Assembly (NCBI GenBank): GCA_030611385.1 | Contig: JAUWPV010000004.1 | Location: forward strand, 31,295 to 95,294 | Length of the DNA: 64,000 nt | Source: Bacillota bacterium | Lineage (GTDB): Bacteria > Bacillota > Dethiobacteria > DTU022 | Direction: 5' to 3' | Shown here: in pieces, positions 17,388 to 26,932 of the stretch | Numbering within the stretch: the first letter of the stretch is position 1 | Layout of the letters: each line of letters opens with the position of its first letter | Translations under genes and position numbers: made by a program | The notes under the pieces: model-generated | The model's database searches: none | What the model was told of the DNA's origin: nothing | The model's input: the letters and a program-made list of their open reading frames with translations, nothing else

Positions 17388-19076
17388 TTGATCAAAACAG
17401 CCTTGATAATAAAAGGACGACGTGGCGTTGAGCTGTTTCACCTACTCAAACAGTGCAGTGATCTGGATCTGATTGGGTTGGCCTGCCTGGATGGTGAAAT
17501 AGAATGGCTAACTGAATCGGAGCGAAAAAACTATTTTGTTACCACCGATCTGAATAAAATAGCGGCGCTTCCTGAATTAGAAACAGTGATTGAGGGAACC
17601 GGTGACTCTTTAGTAATAGACTATCTGAAGAAAAACCTGGGCAGCGGGGTTCAACTTGAAGAGCTGAAACCTGGTTCAGTATTAAACGCAGTTATTAATT
17701 CCCGGGAACAGCTTCTGGAAACGCGTATAGTGAAAGGTGAATTGCTGGCTGTACTCAATTCTGTTCAGGATGCAATTGAGGTCGTTGACGCAAAAGGGAT
17801 TATTAAGTATGTTAACCCGGCTTTTACCAGGGTAACCGGAATTCCTGAAAGCAAGCGTTTGGGCCGCAGCCTGTTTGAGGCGTCTCCGCACGGAGCCCTG
17901 GCTCAATCACTTATTCAGCAAAAACCGGTTACCGGTTATCGAACATATGTCGGTGGTTCCGATGCAGATGTAATATCCAACGCTTCGCCAATTATTGTTG
18001 ATGGAGAGCTGATGGGAGCAGTCGTTGTTTTCCAACCGGTCGGGGATATCTTGAAATTAATGGATGAGCTCAAACACAGCAATGCCATAATTGATAACCT
18101 TTATGCCCAGATTGATCAGATATCCGGCAGTCGTATTAGCTTCGAATCACTGACTGGTCAGAGTAAAGTATTTACAGCAACTCTGGAAAAAGCCCGTAAG
18201 GCAGCTCGCAGTGAATCTACTGTCCTGATCAGCGGCGAAAACGGAACCGGAAAAAGCCTTTTTGCCCAGGCCATACACAATAGCAGCGTCCGGAAAAAAA
18301 GACCTTTAATTGTTGTCGATTGTGCTGTAGTCCCTGATTCTTTACAGGAGATCGAGATCTTTGGCTGTGAGAAAGGTGCTATGCCGGGAGTTCTGCGCAC
18401 TCGCCTTGGAAAAATTGAACTGGCTGAAGGGAGTACCCTTTTTATTAAAGAAATAAACGCGCTGAGCCCTTTTTTGCAGATACTGGTGTTGAGGGCTTTA
18501 AACGAGCAAAATTTTTGCCGTATCGGTGGAGATCAATCAATTCCGATGGATGTCAGGATAGTTGCCTCGGCCAGTGATGATCTTGTCAATGCTTATCTCC
18601 AGGGCTGTTTTTCTGAAGAATTATACCGGAAGTTGAGCCTGGTAACTGTGAAGGTGCCCCCGCTGCGCAAGCGTCCCGAAGATATTCCCTTACTGGCTGA
18701 AGCGCTGATGGATCGACTGAACCGCAAGCTTGGTAAAAAGATCCATGAAATATCACCACGAGCCCTGCAAGAGCTGACGGAATATGATTGGCCTGGTAAT
18801 ATCAGTGAGCTTAAAAGCGTTATCGAGCGCGCGATGGTGATTGCAGACAGCCCTGTAATCGAGCATCATCATCTGTCGCCGTATATCGGGCGTCCTGGAA
18901 TTAAGGACGCCCCGGTCTTTGATGAAATTATTCCTATTGATAAGATGGAAGAGATGATGCTTAAGCTGGCCCTGACCAGGTATGGGGAAACCCTGGAAGG
19001 CAAAAAAAAGGCGGCTCAGGCCTTGAATATTTCATTGGCAACTTTATATAATAAACTGAAAAGATACAGTGACTAA
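17388..19076 (+). CDS. PAS-domain, AAA+ enhancer-binding-protein-like transcriptional regulator with Fis-type HTH (degenerate GAFTGA and Walker B)
   Basis: Walker A reads GENGTGKS. The GAFTGA position reads GAMPGV. Walker B reads LFIKEI instead of LFLDEI. The C-terminal helix-turn-helix reads AAQALNISLATLYNKLKRY. Confidence 0.8.
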   Translation: MIKTALIIKGRRGVELFHLLKQCSDLDLIGLACLDGEIEWLTESERKNYFVTTDLNKIAALPELETVIEGTGDSLVIDYLKKNLGSGVQLEELKPGSVLNAVINSREQLLETRIVKGELLAVLNSVQDAIEVVDAKGIIKYVNPAFTRVTGIPESKRLGRSLFEASPHGALAQSLIQQKPVTGYRTYVGGSDADVISNASPIIVDGELMGAVVVFQPVGDILKLMDELKHSNAIIDNLYAQIDQISGSRISFESLTGQSKVFTATLEKARKAARSESTVLISGENGTGKSLFAQAIHNSSVRKKRPLIVVDCAVVPDSLQEIEIFGCEKGAMPGVLRTRLGKIELAEGSTLFIKEINALSPFLQILVLRALNEQNFCRIGGDQSIPMDVRIVASASDDLVNAYLQGCFSEELYRKLSLVTVKVPPLRKRPEDIPLLAEALMDRLNRKLGKKIHEISPRALQELTEYDWPGNISELKSVIERAMVIADSPVIEHHHLSPYIGRPGIKDAPVFDEIIPIDKMEEMMLKLALTRYGETLEGKKKAAQALNISLATLYNKLKRYSD

Positions 19077-19106
19077 CAAATTTGTCTGGTGAAAGGATGA
19101 TTCGCT

Positions 19107-20219
19107 TTGAAGCTCTATGAGTACTTGGGGAAAGAACTTTTTTATCGCTATGATATTCCGGTTCCGCACCGAAAACTGATCGAAAGCGCAGAAGAGGCTA
19201 CGGAAGCTGCGGCTGAATTGGGCAATGTGGTAATCAAATCGCAGGTGTTGACCGGTAAAAGGGGCAAAGCCGGAGGTATTGCTTTTGCCGCGGATCCTGG
19301 TGAAGCGAGAAAAGAAGCAGAACGGATCTTCAAAATGGAACTAAACGGTTTAAAGGTTGAAAAAGTATTGGTTGAGGAAAAACTTCAGATCGATCAGGAA
19401 CTCTACCTGGCTCTGACGGTCGATGGAGCGGCCCGTTGCCCGGTTGTGCTTGTTTCTCTTGACGGAGGAATGGATGTAGAGGATGTTGCCGAGGAGCGTA
19501 TGGTCAGGTGGCCGGTCAATATTACACTCGGTTTGCAAGACTATATGGTCAGGGAAATTTGCCGCCTGCTGGGCGTTACCGGTGATCTAAAGAAGGAGTT
19601 TATCGAGTTCTTACCTAAACTGTACCGACTTTTCAGGGAGCTCGACGCTGAACTGGCTGAGATTAATCCTTTAGCTTTAACTCCGGCCGGATTGGTTGCC
19701 GCTGATGCCAAGGTCACCATTGATGACGATGCCCTTTACCGCCACCCCCAGCTGCCGCGAATCAAGGAAAAGACTGCTCTGGAATTAAAAGCTGAAGAGC
19801 TTGATCTGGCCTATGTTGAGCTGGATGGCAACATAGCAGTTATGGCGAACGGTGCCGGAATAACCATGGCTACCCTGGATATGGTTCAACACTACGGTGG
19901 AGCGCCGGCTAATTTTCTCGACTTTGGAGGAGGAGCCGATGTTGAAAGGACCTCAAAAGCCATAGAACTCCTGCTGGGAACTTCTCCGAAAGTGCTGTTG
20001 ATCAATATTTTCGGAGGAATAACCCGCTGCGATGTCGTTGCGGAAGCCTTTGTCCGGGTTAGAGAGAGCAAGGGTATCGACTTGCCGGTATCTTTTCGCC
20101 TCGTTGGAACTAACGAAGCCGAGGGGCGGGCTCTCCTGGGAAAAGTGGGCATTAAAGCAGTTACCTCTATGGATGATGCCGTGCGCCATGCCGTTGAACT
20201 GTCCGTTGTATCTAAATAA
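19107..20219 (+). CDS. sucC: Succinate--CoA ligase beta subunit-like (ATP-grasp)
   Basis: The N-terminus reads MKLYEYLGKELFYRYDIPVP...VIKSQVLTGKRGKAGGI. The start codon is TTG. Confidence 0.8.
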   Translation: MKLYEYLGKELFYRYDIPVPHRKLIESAEEATEAAAELGNVVIKSQVLTGKRGKAGGIAFAADPGEARKEAERIFKMELNGLKVEKVLVEEKLQIDQELYLALTVDGAARCPVVLVSLDGGMDVEDVAEERMVRWPVNITLGLQDYMVREICRLLGVTGDLKKEFIEFLPKLYRLFRELDAELAEINPLALTPAGLVAADAKVTIDDDALYRHPQLPRIKEKTALELKAEELDLAYVELDGNIAVMANGAGITMATLDMVQHYGGAPANFLDFGGGADVERTSKAIELLLGTSPKVLLINIFGGITRCDVVAEAFVRVRESKGIDLPVSFRLVGTNEAEGRALLGKVGIKAVTSMDDAVRHAVELSVVSK

Positions 20220-20257
20220 AAGTTTGTAGATTTGCGCCAAGGAAAGGAGTCTAGAGA

Positions 20258-21133
20258 ATGTCAATATTTATAGATAAACAGACCCGGGTTCTGGTTCAGG
20301 GTATAACTGGCAAGCAAGGTTCTTTTCATACCGGCCAGATGATTGCTTACGGGACAAAAATTGTCGGCGGCATCTCCCCCGGTAAGGGTGGGCAGACTGT
20401 CGAAGGTGTTCCGGTATTTGATACTGTCTTTGAAGCGTTGGAAAAACAACCAGTTGATGCGAGTATCCTTTTTATACCGGCTCCTTATGCCAAAGATGCC
20501 GCCCTCGAGGCACTCGATGCCGGTGTTAAAATTATTGTTCTGATTCCTGAACATATCCCCCTGCATGATGCCATGGAGATCATGGCTTATGCCAGGCAGA
20601 AAGAGGCTGTTATTGTCGGCCCCAATACTTTCGGGCTGGTTTCTTCCGGCAGCTGTAAAATCGGTATTATGCCTAACCGTTATTTTATTCCCGGTCCGGT
20701 GGGAGTTGTTTCACGAAGCGGTACCCTCTGCTACGAAATAGTCGGGCATCTGACTGATAGTGATATCGGAACTACTACTGTAGTCGGCCTCGGCGGTGAC
20801 CGGGTTGTCGGCTTGAATTTTATTGATGTGCTTGAAAAATTTGAAGAAGATCCGGCCACCAAAATGATTATTTTAGTTGGCGAAATCGGCGGCAGTTCCG
20901 AGGAAGAGGCAGCCCAATACATTGCTAACTCGATGACGAAGCCGGTTATTGCTTACCTGGCCGGGCGAAGCGCGCCTCCGGGCAAACGAATGGGCCATGC
21001 TGGGGCTATTATTGAAAGGGGCCGGGGTACCTTTGAAAGCAAGGTCAAAGCGCTTTCGGAAGCGGGAGTAAAGGTAGCTGAACTGCCGATGGAGATTCCC
21101 TTGTTGGTTAAAGCTGCCCTAGCCAAAGCTTAA
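20258..21133 (+). CDS. sucD: Succinate--CoA ligase alpha subunit
   Basis: The sequence carries [14 protein letters not shown] and the phosphohistidine loop GHAGAII. Confidence 0.9.
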   Translation: MSIFIDKQTRVLVQGITGKQGSFHTGQMIAYGTKIVGGISPGKGGQTVEGVPVFDTVFEALEKQPVDASILFIPAPYAKDAALEALDAGVKIIVLIPEHIPLHDAMEIMAYARQKEAVIVGPNTFGLVSSGSCKIGIMPNRYFIPGPVGVVSRSGTLCYEIVGHLTDSDIGTTTVVGLGGDRVVGLNFIDVLEKFEEDPATKMIILVGEIGGSSEEEAAQYIANSMTKPVIAYLAGRSAPPGKRMGHAGAIIERGRGTFESKVKALSEAGVKVAELPMEIPLLVKAALAKA

Positions 21134-21209
21134 CTGATTTTTTGGCGGGATTTGTATACTGCTGCTATATAAAGGGCAGCCGCATTAAGATAGGAGGGTA
21201 CGGCTAAAA

Positions 21210-22883
21210 TTGAGTGATCAGGAAAAGAACAAAGAGTTGATTCAGGCTAAAGAAACCTGGCAGCAAAAAGTAAACAAAACAATCGAAAAATACCCTGAGC
21301 GCAAGACGTTTAAGCTTGACTCAGACCTTGAAATAGAGACAGTTTACGATCCTCTGAATATGGCAGATTTCGACTATGCGGACCAACTGAACTGGCCGGG
21401 CGAATACCCATATACAAGGGGTATACAGCCGACCATGTACAGGGGGCGGCTCTGGACGATGCGCCAGTACGCCGGTTTTGGTAGTGCCGAGGAAACAAAC
21501 GAACGGTTTCGCTACCTTATGGAACAAGGGCAAACCGGTTTGAGTGTGGCCTTCGATCTGCCGACCCAGATTGGTTATGATTCAGATCATCCACTGGCCC
21601 GCGGTGAGGTGGGTAAAGTTGGAGTGGCTATTGATTCTCTGGCCGACATGGAAATACTCATGGATAAAATTCCCCTCGACCAGGTCAGCACCTCGATGAC
21701 GATCAACTCGCCGGCTGCTGTACTCCTGGCCATGTACATGGCTGTAGCGGAAAAACAGGGTATTCCGATGGATAAGATCAACGGGACCATTCAAAACGAT
21801 ATTCTCAAAGAATATGCGGCCCGGGGAACTTATATATTTCCACCCCGCGAATCGATGCGCCTGATTGTCGATATTATTGCCTTTGCCGGTGAAAAAATAC
21901 CGACCTTTAACACGATCAGTATCAGCGGGTACCATATCAGGGAAGCCGGGTCAACTGCTATCCAGGAAGTGGCCTTTACCTTAAGTAATGCGATTGCCTA
22001 TGTGGAGGCAGCTCTGGGAGCAGGGCTGGAAATCGATCAGTTCGCCCCCAGGCTTTCCTTTTTCTTTAACGCCCACTCGAACTTTTTCGAAGAGATTGCC
22101 AAGTTCAGGGCGGCCCGGAGAATCTGGGCCCGGCTGATGAAAGAACGTTTTGGAGCCCGTAACCCCCGCTCGCTGATGCTGCGTTTTCATACCCAGACAG
22201 CAGGCTCAACCCTGACTGCTCAGCAGCCTGATGTCAATATTATGCGGGTTGCTTTTCAGGCTTTAAGCGCTGTTTTAGGCGGAACCCAATCACTGCACAC
22301 AAATTCGCGTGACGAAGCGCTGGCCTTGCCCAGTGAACATTCAGTTCTGCTGGCTTTACGAACACAGCAGGTTATCGGCTACGAGATCGGAGCCACTGAC
22401 GCGGCTGACCCGCTGGGCGGTTCCTACTATATCGAAAATCTGACCAACCATATCGAAGAAGAGGTTCTGCGTTACATTGACCGTATCGATGAAATCGGCG
22501 GAGCGGTCGAAGCTATCGAAAAAGGGTTTATTCAAAGGGAAATTCAGGCCAGTGCTTACCGTTACCAAAAAGAAATTGAATCGCAGGAACGGGTGGTGGT
22601 AGGGGTTAACCGTTTTACGCAGAGCGGTGAACAGCCGATTGATTTGTTGAAGATGGATCCGGCAACAAGTCAGCGTCAGGTTGAACGCTTAAAAGAGGTC
22701 CGTTTAAGCCGCAACCAGGGCAAAGTGGCCGAATCGCTGCAGGAACTGCGCAAGGCGGCCCAATCAGACGAAAACCTGATGCCGTATATTTTAGCTGCGG
22801 TTAGGGCCTATACTACTTTAGGTGAAATTTGCGGTGTTTTAAGAGATGTGTTCGGTGAGTACCAGCAGCAAGTTACCCTATAA
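21210..22883 (+). CDS. Methylmalonyl-CoA mutase, large (catalytic) subunit
   Basis: Typical mutase motifs are present: [26 protein letters not shown] and [12 protein letters not shown]. Confidence 0.9.
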   Translation: MSDQEKNKELIQAKETWQQKVNKTIEKYPERKTFKLDSDLEIETVYDPLNMADFDYADQLNWPGEYPYTRGIQPTMYRGRLWTMRQYAGFGSAEETNERFRYLMEQGQTGLSVAFDLPTQIGYDSDHPLARGEVGKVGVAIDSLADMEILMDKIPLDQVSTSMTINSPAAVLLAMYMAVAEKQGIPMDKINGTIQNDILKEYAARGTYIFPPRESMRLIVDIIAFAGEKIPTFNTISISGYHIREAGSTAIQEVAFTLSNAIAYVEAALGAGLEIDQFAPRLSFFFNAHSNFFEEIAKFRAARRIWARLMKERFGARNPRSLMLRFHTQTAGSTLTAQQPDVNIMRVAFQALSAVLGGTQSLHTNSRDEALALPSEHSVLLALRTQQVIGYEIGATDAADPLGGSYYIENLTNHIEEEVLRYIDRIDEIGGAVEAIEKGFIQREIQASAYRYQKEIESQERVVVGVNRFTQSGEQPIDLLKMDPATSQRQVERLKEVRLSRNQGKVAESLQELRKAAQSDENLMPYILAAVRAYTTLGEICGVLRDVFGEYQQQVTL

Positions 22884-22918
22884 AAGCGGATAAATAACAG
22901 TAAGGAGGAAATTGCGAT

Positions 22919-23323
22919 ATGGCTGATAAACCGTTGCGGGTTCTTGTCGGAAAAGTAGGCCTGGATGGGCACGATCGTGGGGCAAAGGTAGTCGCCCAGG
23001 CGCTGCGCGATGCCGGCATGGAAGTTGTTTATACCGGTCTGCGGCAGACACCTGAACAAATCGTCGAAGCAGCGATTCAGGAAGATGTTCAGGTGATCGG
23101 GTTAAGTATATTATCCGGCGCGCATATGCAGCTGTTACCTCCGGTTTTGGAGATGCTGCGTGAACAGGATAGCAGTGATATAATTGTCGTTGTCGGTGGA
23201 ATTATCCCGCGGGAAGACATTGTCTACCTTAAAGAAAATGGCGTGGCAGAAGTTTTCACCCCCGGTTCAACTACCGTTGACATTATCAATTTTATTAAAG
23301 AAAAAGTTGAGCAAAACAAATAA
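22919..23323 (+). CDS. Methylmalonyl-CoA mutase, B12-binding small subunit
   Basis: The DxHxxG motif is present ([10 protein letters not shown]), along with GLSILSG and a GG motif. Confidence 0.9.
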   Translation: MADKPLRVLVGKVGLDGHDRGAKVVAQALRDAGMEVVYTGLRQTPEQIVEAAIQEDVQVIGLSILSGAHMQLLPPVLEMLREQDSSDIIVVVGGIIPREDIVYLKENGVAEVFTPGSTTVDIINFIKEKVEQNK

Positions 23324-23339
23324 GACAGGAGTGGTGACC

Positions 23340-23738
23340 TTGTTTGATAAAATAGACCATATTGGTATCGCGGTTGGTGATCTGGAAAAAGCGCTTAGTT
23401 TCTATCGGGACCAGATTGGTCTGGTATTTAATGGCATTGAAGAGATTGATGAACAGAAAGTCAGGGTTGCTTTTCTCCCGGTTGGTGAAAGCGAGATTGA
23501 ACTATTAGAGTCTACTGACCCGGCCGGGCCAGTCGGTAAGTTTATTGAAAAGAAAGGTGAAGGGGTCCACCACCTTGCTTTTCGTGTATCGGATATTGAA
23601 GATAAACTAGAGCAGTTAAAAGAACAGGGAGTAGCCTTAATCGATGAAAAACCTCGCTACGGGGCTGGAGGAGCTAAGATTGCTTTCCTTCATCCTAAAT
23701 CTACAGGCGGAGTTTTGGTGGAATTGTGCGAACGTTAA
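23340..23738 (+). CDS. Methylmalonyl-CoA epimerase (VOC family)
   Basis: The sequence reads FDKIDHIGIAV...GVHHLAFRV...AFLHPKSTGGVLVELCE. A TTG start lies 8 nt after AGGAG. The tracked ORF start at 23184 overlaps the upstream gene and is rejected. Confidence 0.8.
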   Translation: MFDKIDHIGIAVGDLEKALSFYRDQIGLVFNGIEEIDEQKVRVAFLPVGESEIELLESTDPAGPVGKFIEKKGEGVHHLAFRVSDIEDKLEQLKEQGVALIDEKPRYGAGGAKIAFLHPKSTGGVLVELCER

Positions 23739-25316
23739 ATGGAGAAGAGAATATTGCAGAAAGCGGTGAACGCAATGGATGACAAGCTGGGCCATTTACA
23801 GGAGAGACGCAGTCGGACTATTGCCGGCGGCGGTGAAAAGCGAATTGAAGATCAGCGCAAGAAAGGTAAATTAACAGCCAGAGAGAGATTGATCAGGCTT
23901 ATGGACGAGGACAGTTTTGTCGAGATAGGCACCTTTGTGCAAACCGGGCTTGAGGACGCCAGCAGTCTTGATTACCCAAACCCGGGTGAGGGTGTTGTTA
24001 CCGGTTATGGAACTGTTGGCGGGCGACGGATTTATGTTTACGCCCAGGATTTTACTGTAGCCGGAGGTTCACTCAGCGAAGTTCATGCAGCGAAGATCTG
24101 CCGCATCCTCGATCTGGCCTCCCAAAATGGAATCCCGGTGATCGGTTTAAACGACTCCGGAGGAGCCCGCATTCAGGAAGGGGTTTACGCATTAAACGGT
24201 TACGGCTCGATATTTTATCGGAACACCCTTTGTTCCGGTGTAATACCACAGCTCTCGGTAATCATGGGCCCCTGTGCCGGTGGCGCTGTTTATTCACCGG
24301 CGATTACCGACTTTATATTTATGGTTAGTGGAATTGGCAATATGTTTATAACCGGACCGCAGGTGATTAAGGCTGTAACCGGTGAAGAGGTTTCTGCTGA
24401 AGAACTGGGTGGTGCAGCAACGCACAACCAGACCAGTGGAGTAGCCCATTTTTTTGCCGAAAACGAAGAAGAGTGTTTTATTCAAATTCGCAGCCTGCTA
24501 AGCTACTTGCCCTCAAATAATGTTGACGATCCACCCCGGGCTGAACCCCGTGAACCGGAATTGGATCAGGAGGAACTGGTTTCACTGATGCCGGATAATC
24601 CTAACCGATCTTACGATGTTCGGGAAATAATTAAGCGGGTGGTTGACGGCAGTGAACTGATGGAAGTTCACCAGGGTTATGCACAGAATGCTGTGGTCGG
24701 CTTTGCCCGCATCAACGGCCGTCCGGTAGGCATTATCGCCAACCAACCCCAGTTCAAGGCCGGCTGTCTTGATGTAAACAGTTCGGATAAGATTGCCCGC
24801 TTTGTCCGTTTCTGTGACAGCTTTAACCTGCCCCTGATTACTTTAGTCGATGTGCCTGGTTACCTGCCCGGTGTTGAACAGGAGTGGGGCGGAGTGATTC
24901 GCCACGGGGCCAAGGTTCTCTATGCTTATGCTGAGGCAACTGTGCCCCAGATATCGATCGTCCTGCGTAAAGCCTACGGAGGAGCTTATATTGCCATGAA
25001 TTCGCGCTCACTGGGTGCTGACCTTTGCCTGGCCTGGCCGACGGCAGAAATCGCCGTAATGGGTCCGGAAGGGGCAGTCAATATTGTCAACAGGCGTGAA
25101 CTGGAAGCGGCTGACGATAAAGAGCAGAAACGTCAGGAATTAGTCCAGCAATACCGCGAGGAATATGCCAATCCCTATATAGCTGCCGCCCGTGGTTGGA
25201 TCGATGAGGTCATCGATCCGCGCCAGACTCGCGCTTACCTGATCCGTGGGCTGGAGATGGTTGAAAATAAACGGGAACAGCGCCTGATGCGCAAGCACGG
25301 CAATATTCCGCTATAA
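23739..25316 (+). CDS. Methylmalonyl-CoA carboxyltransferase 12S / propionyl-CoA carboxylase beta-type subunit
   Basis: Carboxyltransferase motifs are present: DSGGARIQEG and VMGPCAGGAVYSPA. Confidence 0.85.
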   Translation: MEKRILQKAVNAMDDKLGHLQERRSRTIAGGGEKRIEDQRKKGKLTARERLIRLMDEDSFVEIGTFVQTGLEDASSLDYPNPGEGVVTGYGTVGGRRIYVYAQDFTVAGGSLSEVHAAKICRILDLASQNGIPVIGLNDSGGARIQEGVYALNGYGSIFYRNTLCSGVIPQLSVIMGPCAGGAVYSPAITDFIFMVSGIGNMFITGPQVIKAVTGEEVSAEELGGAATHNQTSGVAHFFAENEEECFIQIRSLLSYLPSNNVDDPPRAEPREPELDQEELVSLMPDNPNRSYDVREIIKRVVDGSELMEVHQGYAQNAVVGFARINGRPVGIIANQPQFKAGCLDVNSSDKIARFVRFCDSFNLPLITLVDVPGYLPGVEQEWGGVIRHGAKVLYAYAEATVPQISIVLRKAYGGAYIAMNSRSLGADLCLAWPTAEIAVMGPEGAVNIVNRRELEAADDKEQKRQELVQQYREEYANPYIAAARGWIDEVIDPRQTRAYLIRGLEMVENKREQRLMRKHGNIPL

Positions 25317-25333
25317 AAAATCATCAGATCCCC

Positions 25334-25361
25334 TTGACATAGCCAATGGGGATGTTATAAA
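25334..25361 (+). promoter_or_regulatory. Sigma-A type promoter for the argGH leader
   Basis: TTGACA lies at 25334-25339. An extended -10 element, TGtTATAAA, ends at 25361. Confidence 0.5.
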
Positions 25362-25384
25362 ATATTAGACAATATAAAAAAGTC

Positions 25385-25651
25385 CGTGATGGGGAGAGTA
25401 GCTGTTTTGTGGCGGTAGTAGCGAGCCGGAGTTGGTGAAAGTCCGGACCTGAAGCAAGTGGCGAAGCGCACCCCGGAGGTGGCGGTTGAAGCCGGTTTTA
25501 TAAACCGGTGAGTAGGCTGGCCCGGTTTTATACCGTTATCAAGGCCGTTTTTCATGAAAACGGTGTGAGTGGATCGGCCTATGTTTTGCCGGTCAATAAA
25601 GGTGGTACCGCGAGCCTCTCGTCCTTTTAAGGATGAGAGGCTTTTTATTTT
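25385..25651 (+). promoter_or_regulatory. T-box riboswitch leader with terminator
   Basis: Stem I elements are present: GGAGAGTAG and the distal GGTGAAAG. The T-box core AAAGGTGGTACCGCG lies at 25598-25612. The terminator GAGCCTCTC...GAGAGGCTTTTTATTTT lies at 25612-25651. Confidence 0.8.
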
Positions 25652-25696
25652 CCGGGAAATATGATTGGGAGATTATTAGTTCAGGAGGAGATAACG

Positions 25697-26932
25697 ATGG
25701 CAAAAGAAAGAATAGTGCTGGCTTATTCAGGCGGACTGGACACCTCGGTAATTGTCAAGTGGCTCCAGGAAAAGTACGATTACGATATTGTGGTGATGAC
25801 TGCAAATGTTGGCCAGGGCGAAACCGAATTAGCTGGTTTGGAAGAAAAAGCGATCAAGACAGGGGCTACCCGGGTTTTCATTGAGGATTTACGCGAAGAA
25901 CTGGTGAAAGACTATATCTTTCCGATGGTTCAGGCGGGGGCGGTATACGAGGGCAAATATCTGCTTGGCACTGCTATTGCCCGCCCGGTTATCGGCAAAA
26001 AACTGGTTGAAACCGCCGAAAAAGTTGGAGCTACAGCCGTAGCTCACGGTGCTACCGGTAAGGGTAATGATCAGGTGCGTTTTGAATTTGCTGTTAAAGC
26101 GCTGAATCCCTACCTGAAGATTATTGCTCCCTGGCGGGAATGGGATCTAAAATCACGAAGCGATTGTATGGATTATGCCTGTCAGCATAATATACCGGTC
26201 CCGGTTACTGCAGAAAAACCATACAGCATTGATCGCAACATCTGGCATATCAGCTTTGAGGGAGGCATTCTGGAAGACCCGGACAGAGAGCCGGATCACG
26301 ATATGTTTCGGCTGACTGTTGCCCCTGAAGATGCTCCCGAACAGCCGGAAGAGGTGGCGATCAGCTTTGAAAGAGGGATTCCCTATGCTATTAATGGTAA
26401 GAAGTTTGGTCCGGTGGAACTGGTTGAAGAGTTGAATTGTATAGCCGGCAAGCATGGTGTCGGCCGGGTTGATCTGGTCGAAAATCGTCTTCTCGGCATG
26501 AAATCGCGCGGCATTTATGAAACTCCGGGGGGCACTCTGCTGGCATTTGCCCATCGGGAGCTGGAACAGTATACTTTAGATCGGGAAACCTATCATTACA
26601 AGGAAGTGCTTGCTCTTAAATATGCCGAGTTAATTTATTACGGCCTCTGGTTTACTCCGCTGCGGGAAGCGCTGGATGGATTTATTCAGAAAACCCAGGA
26701 AACAGTTTGCGGAACAATTAAGACGAAGCTTTACAAAGGAAATATTAATGTGTCCGGCAGGAAATCGCTGCATACCCTTTATCATCCGGAAATGGTTACC
26801 TTTGAGGCTGATGAACTTTTTAATCAGAAAGATGCCGAAGGTTTCATCAATCTTTACGGTCTGCCTCTGACTATTAAAGGTATTCTTGAGCTGCAGAAGA
26901 AAAAGCTTTTACGGGAGGTGTCAAGTAGCTGA
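25697..26932 (+). CDS. argG: Argininosuccinate synthase
   Basis: The N-terminus reads [17 protein letters not shown], followed by [15 protein letters not shown]. It is full length. Confidence 0.95.
   Translation: MAKERIVLAYSGGLDTSVIVKWLQEKYDYDIVVMTANVGQGETELAGLEEKAIKTGATRVFIEDLREELVKDYIFPMVQAGAVYEGKYLLGTAIARPVIGKKLVETAEKVGATAVAHGATGKGNDQVRFEFAVKALNPYLKIIAPWREWDLKSRSDCMDYACQHNIPVPVTAEKPYSIDRNIWHISFEGGILEDPDREPDHDMFRLTVAPEDAPEQPEEVAISFERGIPYAINGKKFGPVELVEELNCIAGKHGVGRVDLVENRLLGMKSRGIYETPGGTLLAFAHRELEQYTLDRETYHYKEVLALKYAELIYYGLWFTPLREALDGFIQKTQETVCGTIKTKLYKGNINVSGRKSLHTLYHPEMVTFEADELFNQKDAEGFINLYGLPLTIKGILELQKKKLLREVSSS

Noticed and set aside
23184-23339. N-terminal extension of the epimerase ORF, which would start at 23184.
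   Set aside because: The extension overlaps the last 140 nt of the B12-binding subunit gene in another frame. The VOC-family sequence only begins at about 23340, where a ribosome-binding site precedes TTG.
25355-25884. Small ORFs 25355-25555 (minus) and 25633-25884 (plus).
   Set aside because: They lie in the T-box leader and terminator, or overlap the argG start. The T-box RNA explains this region.
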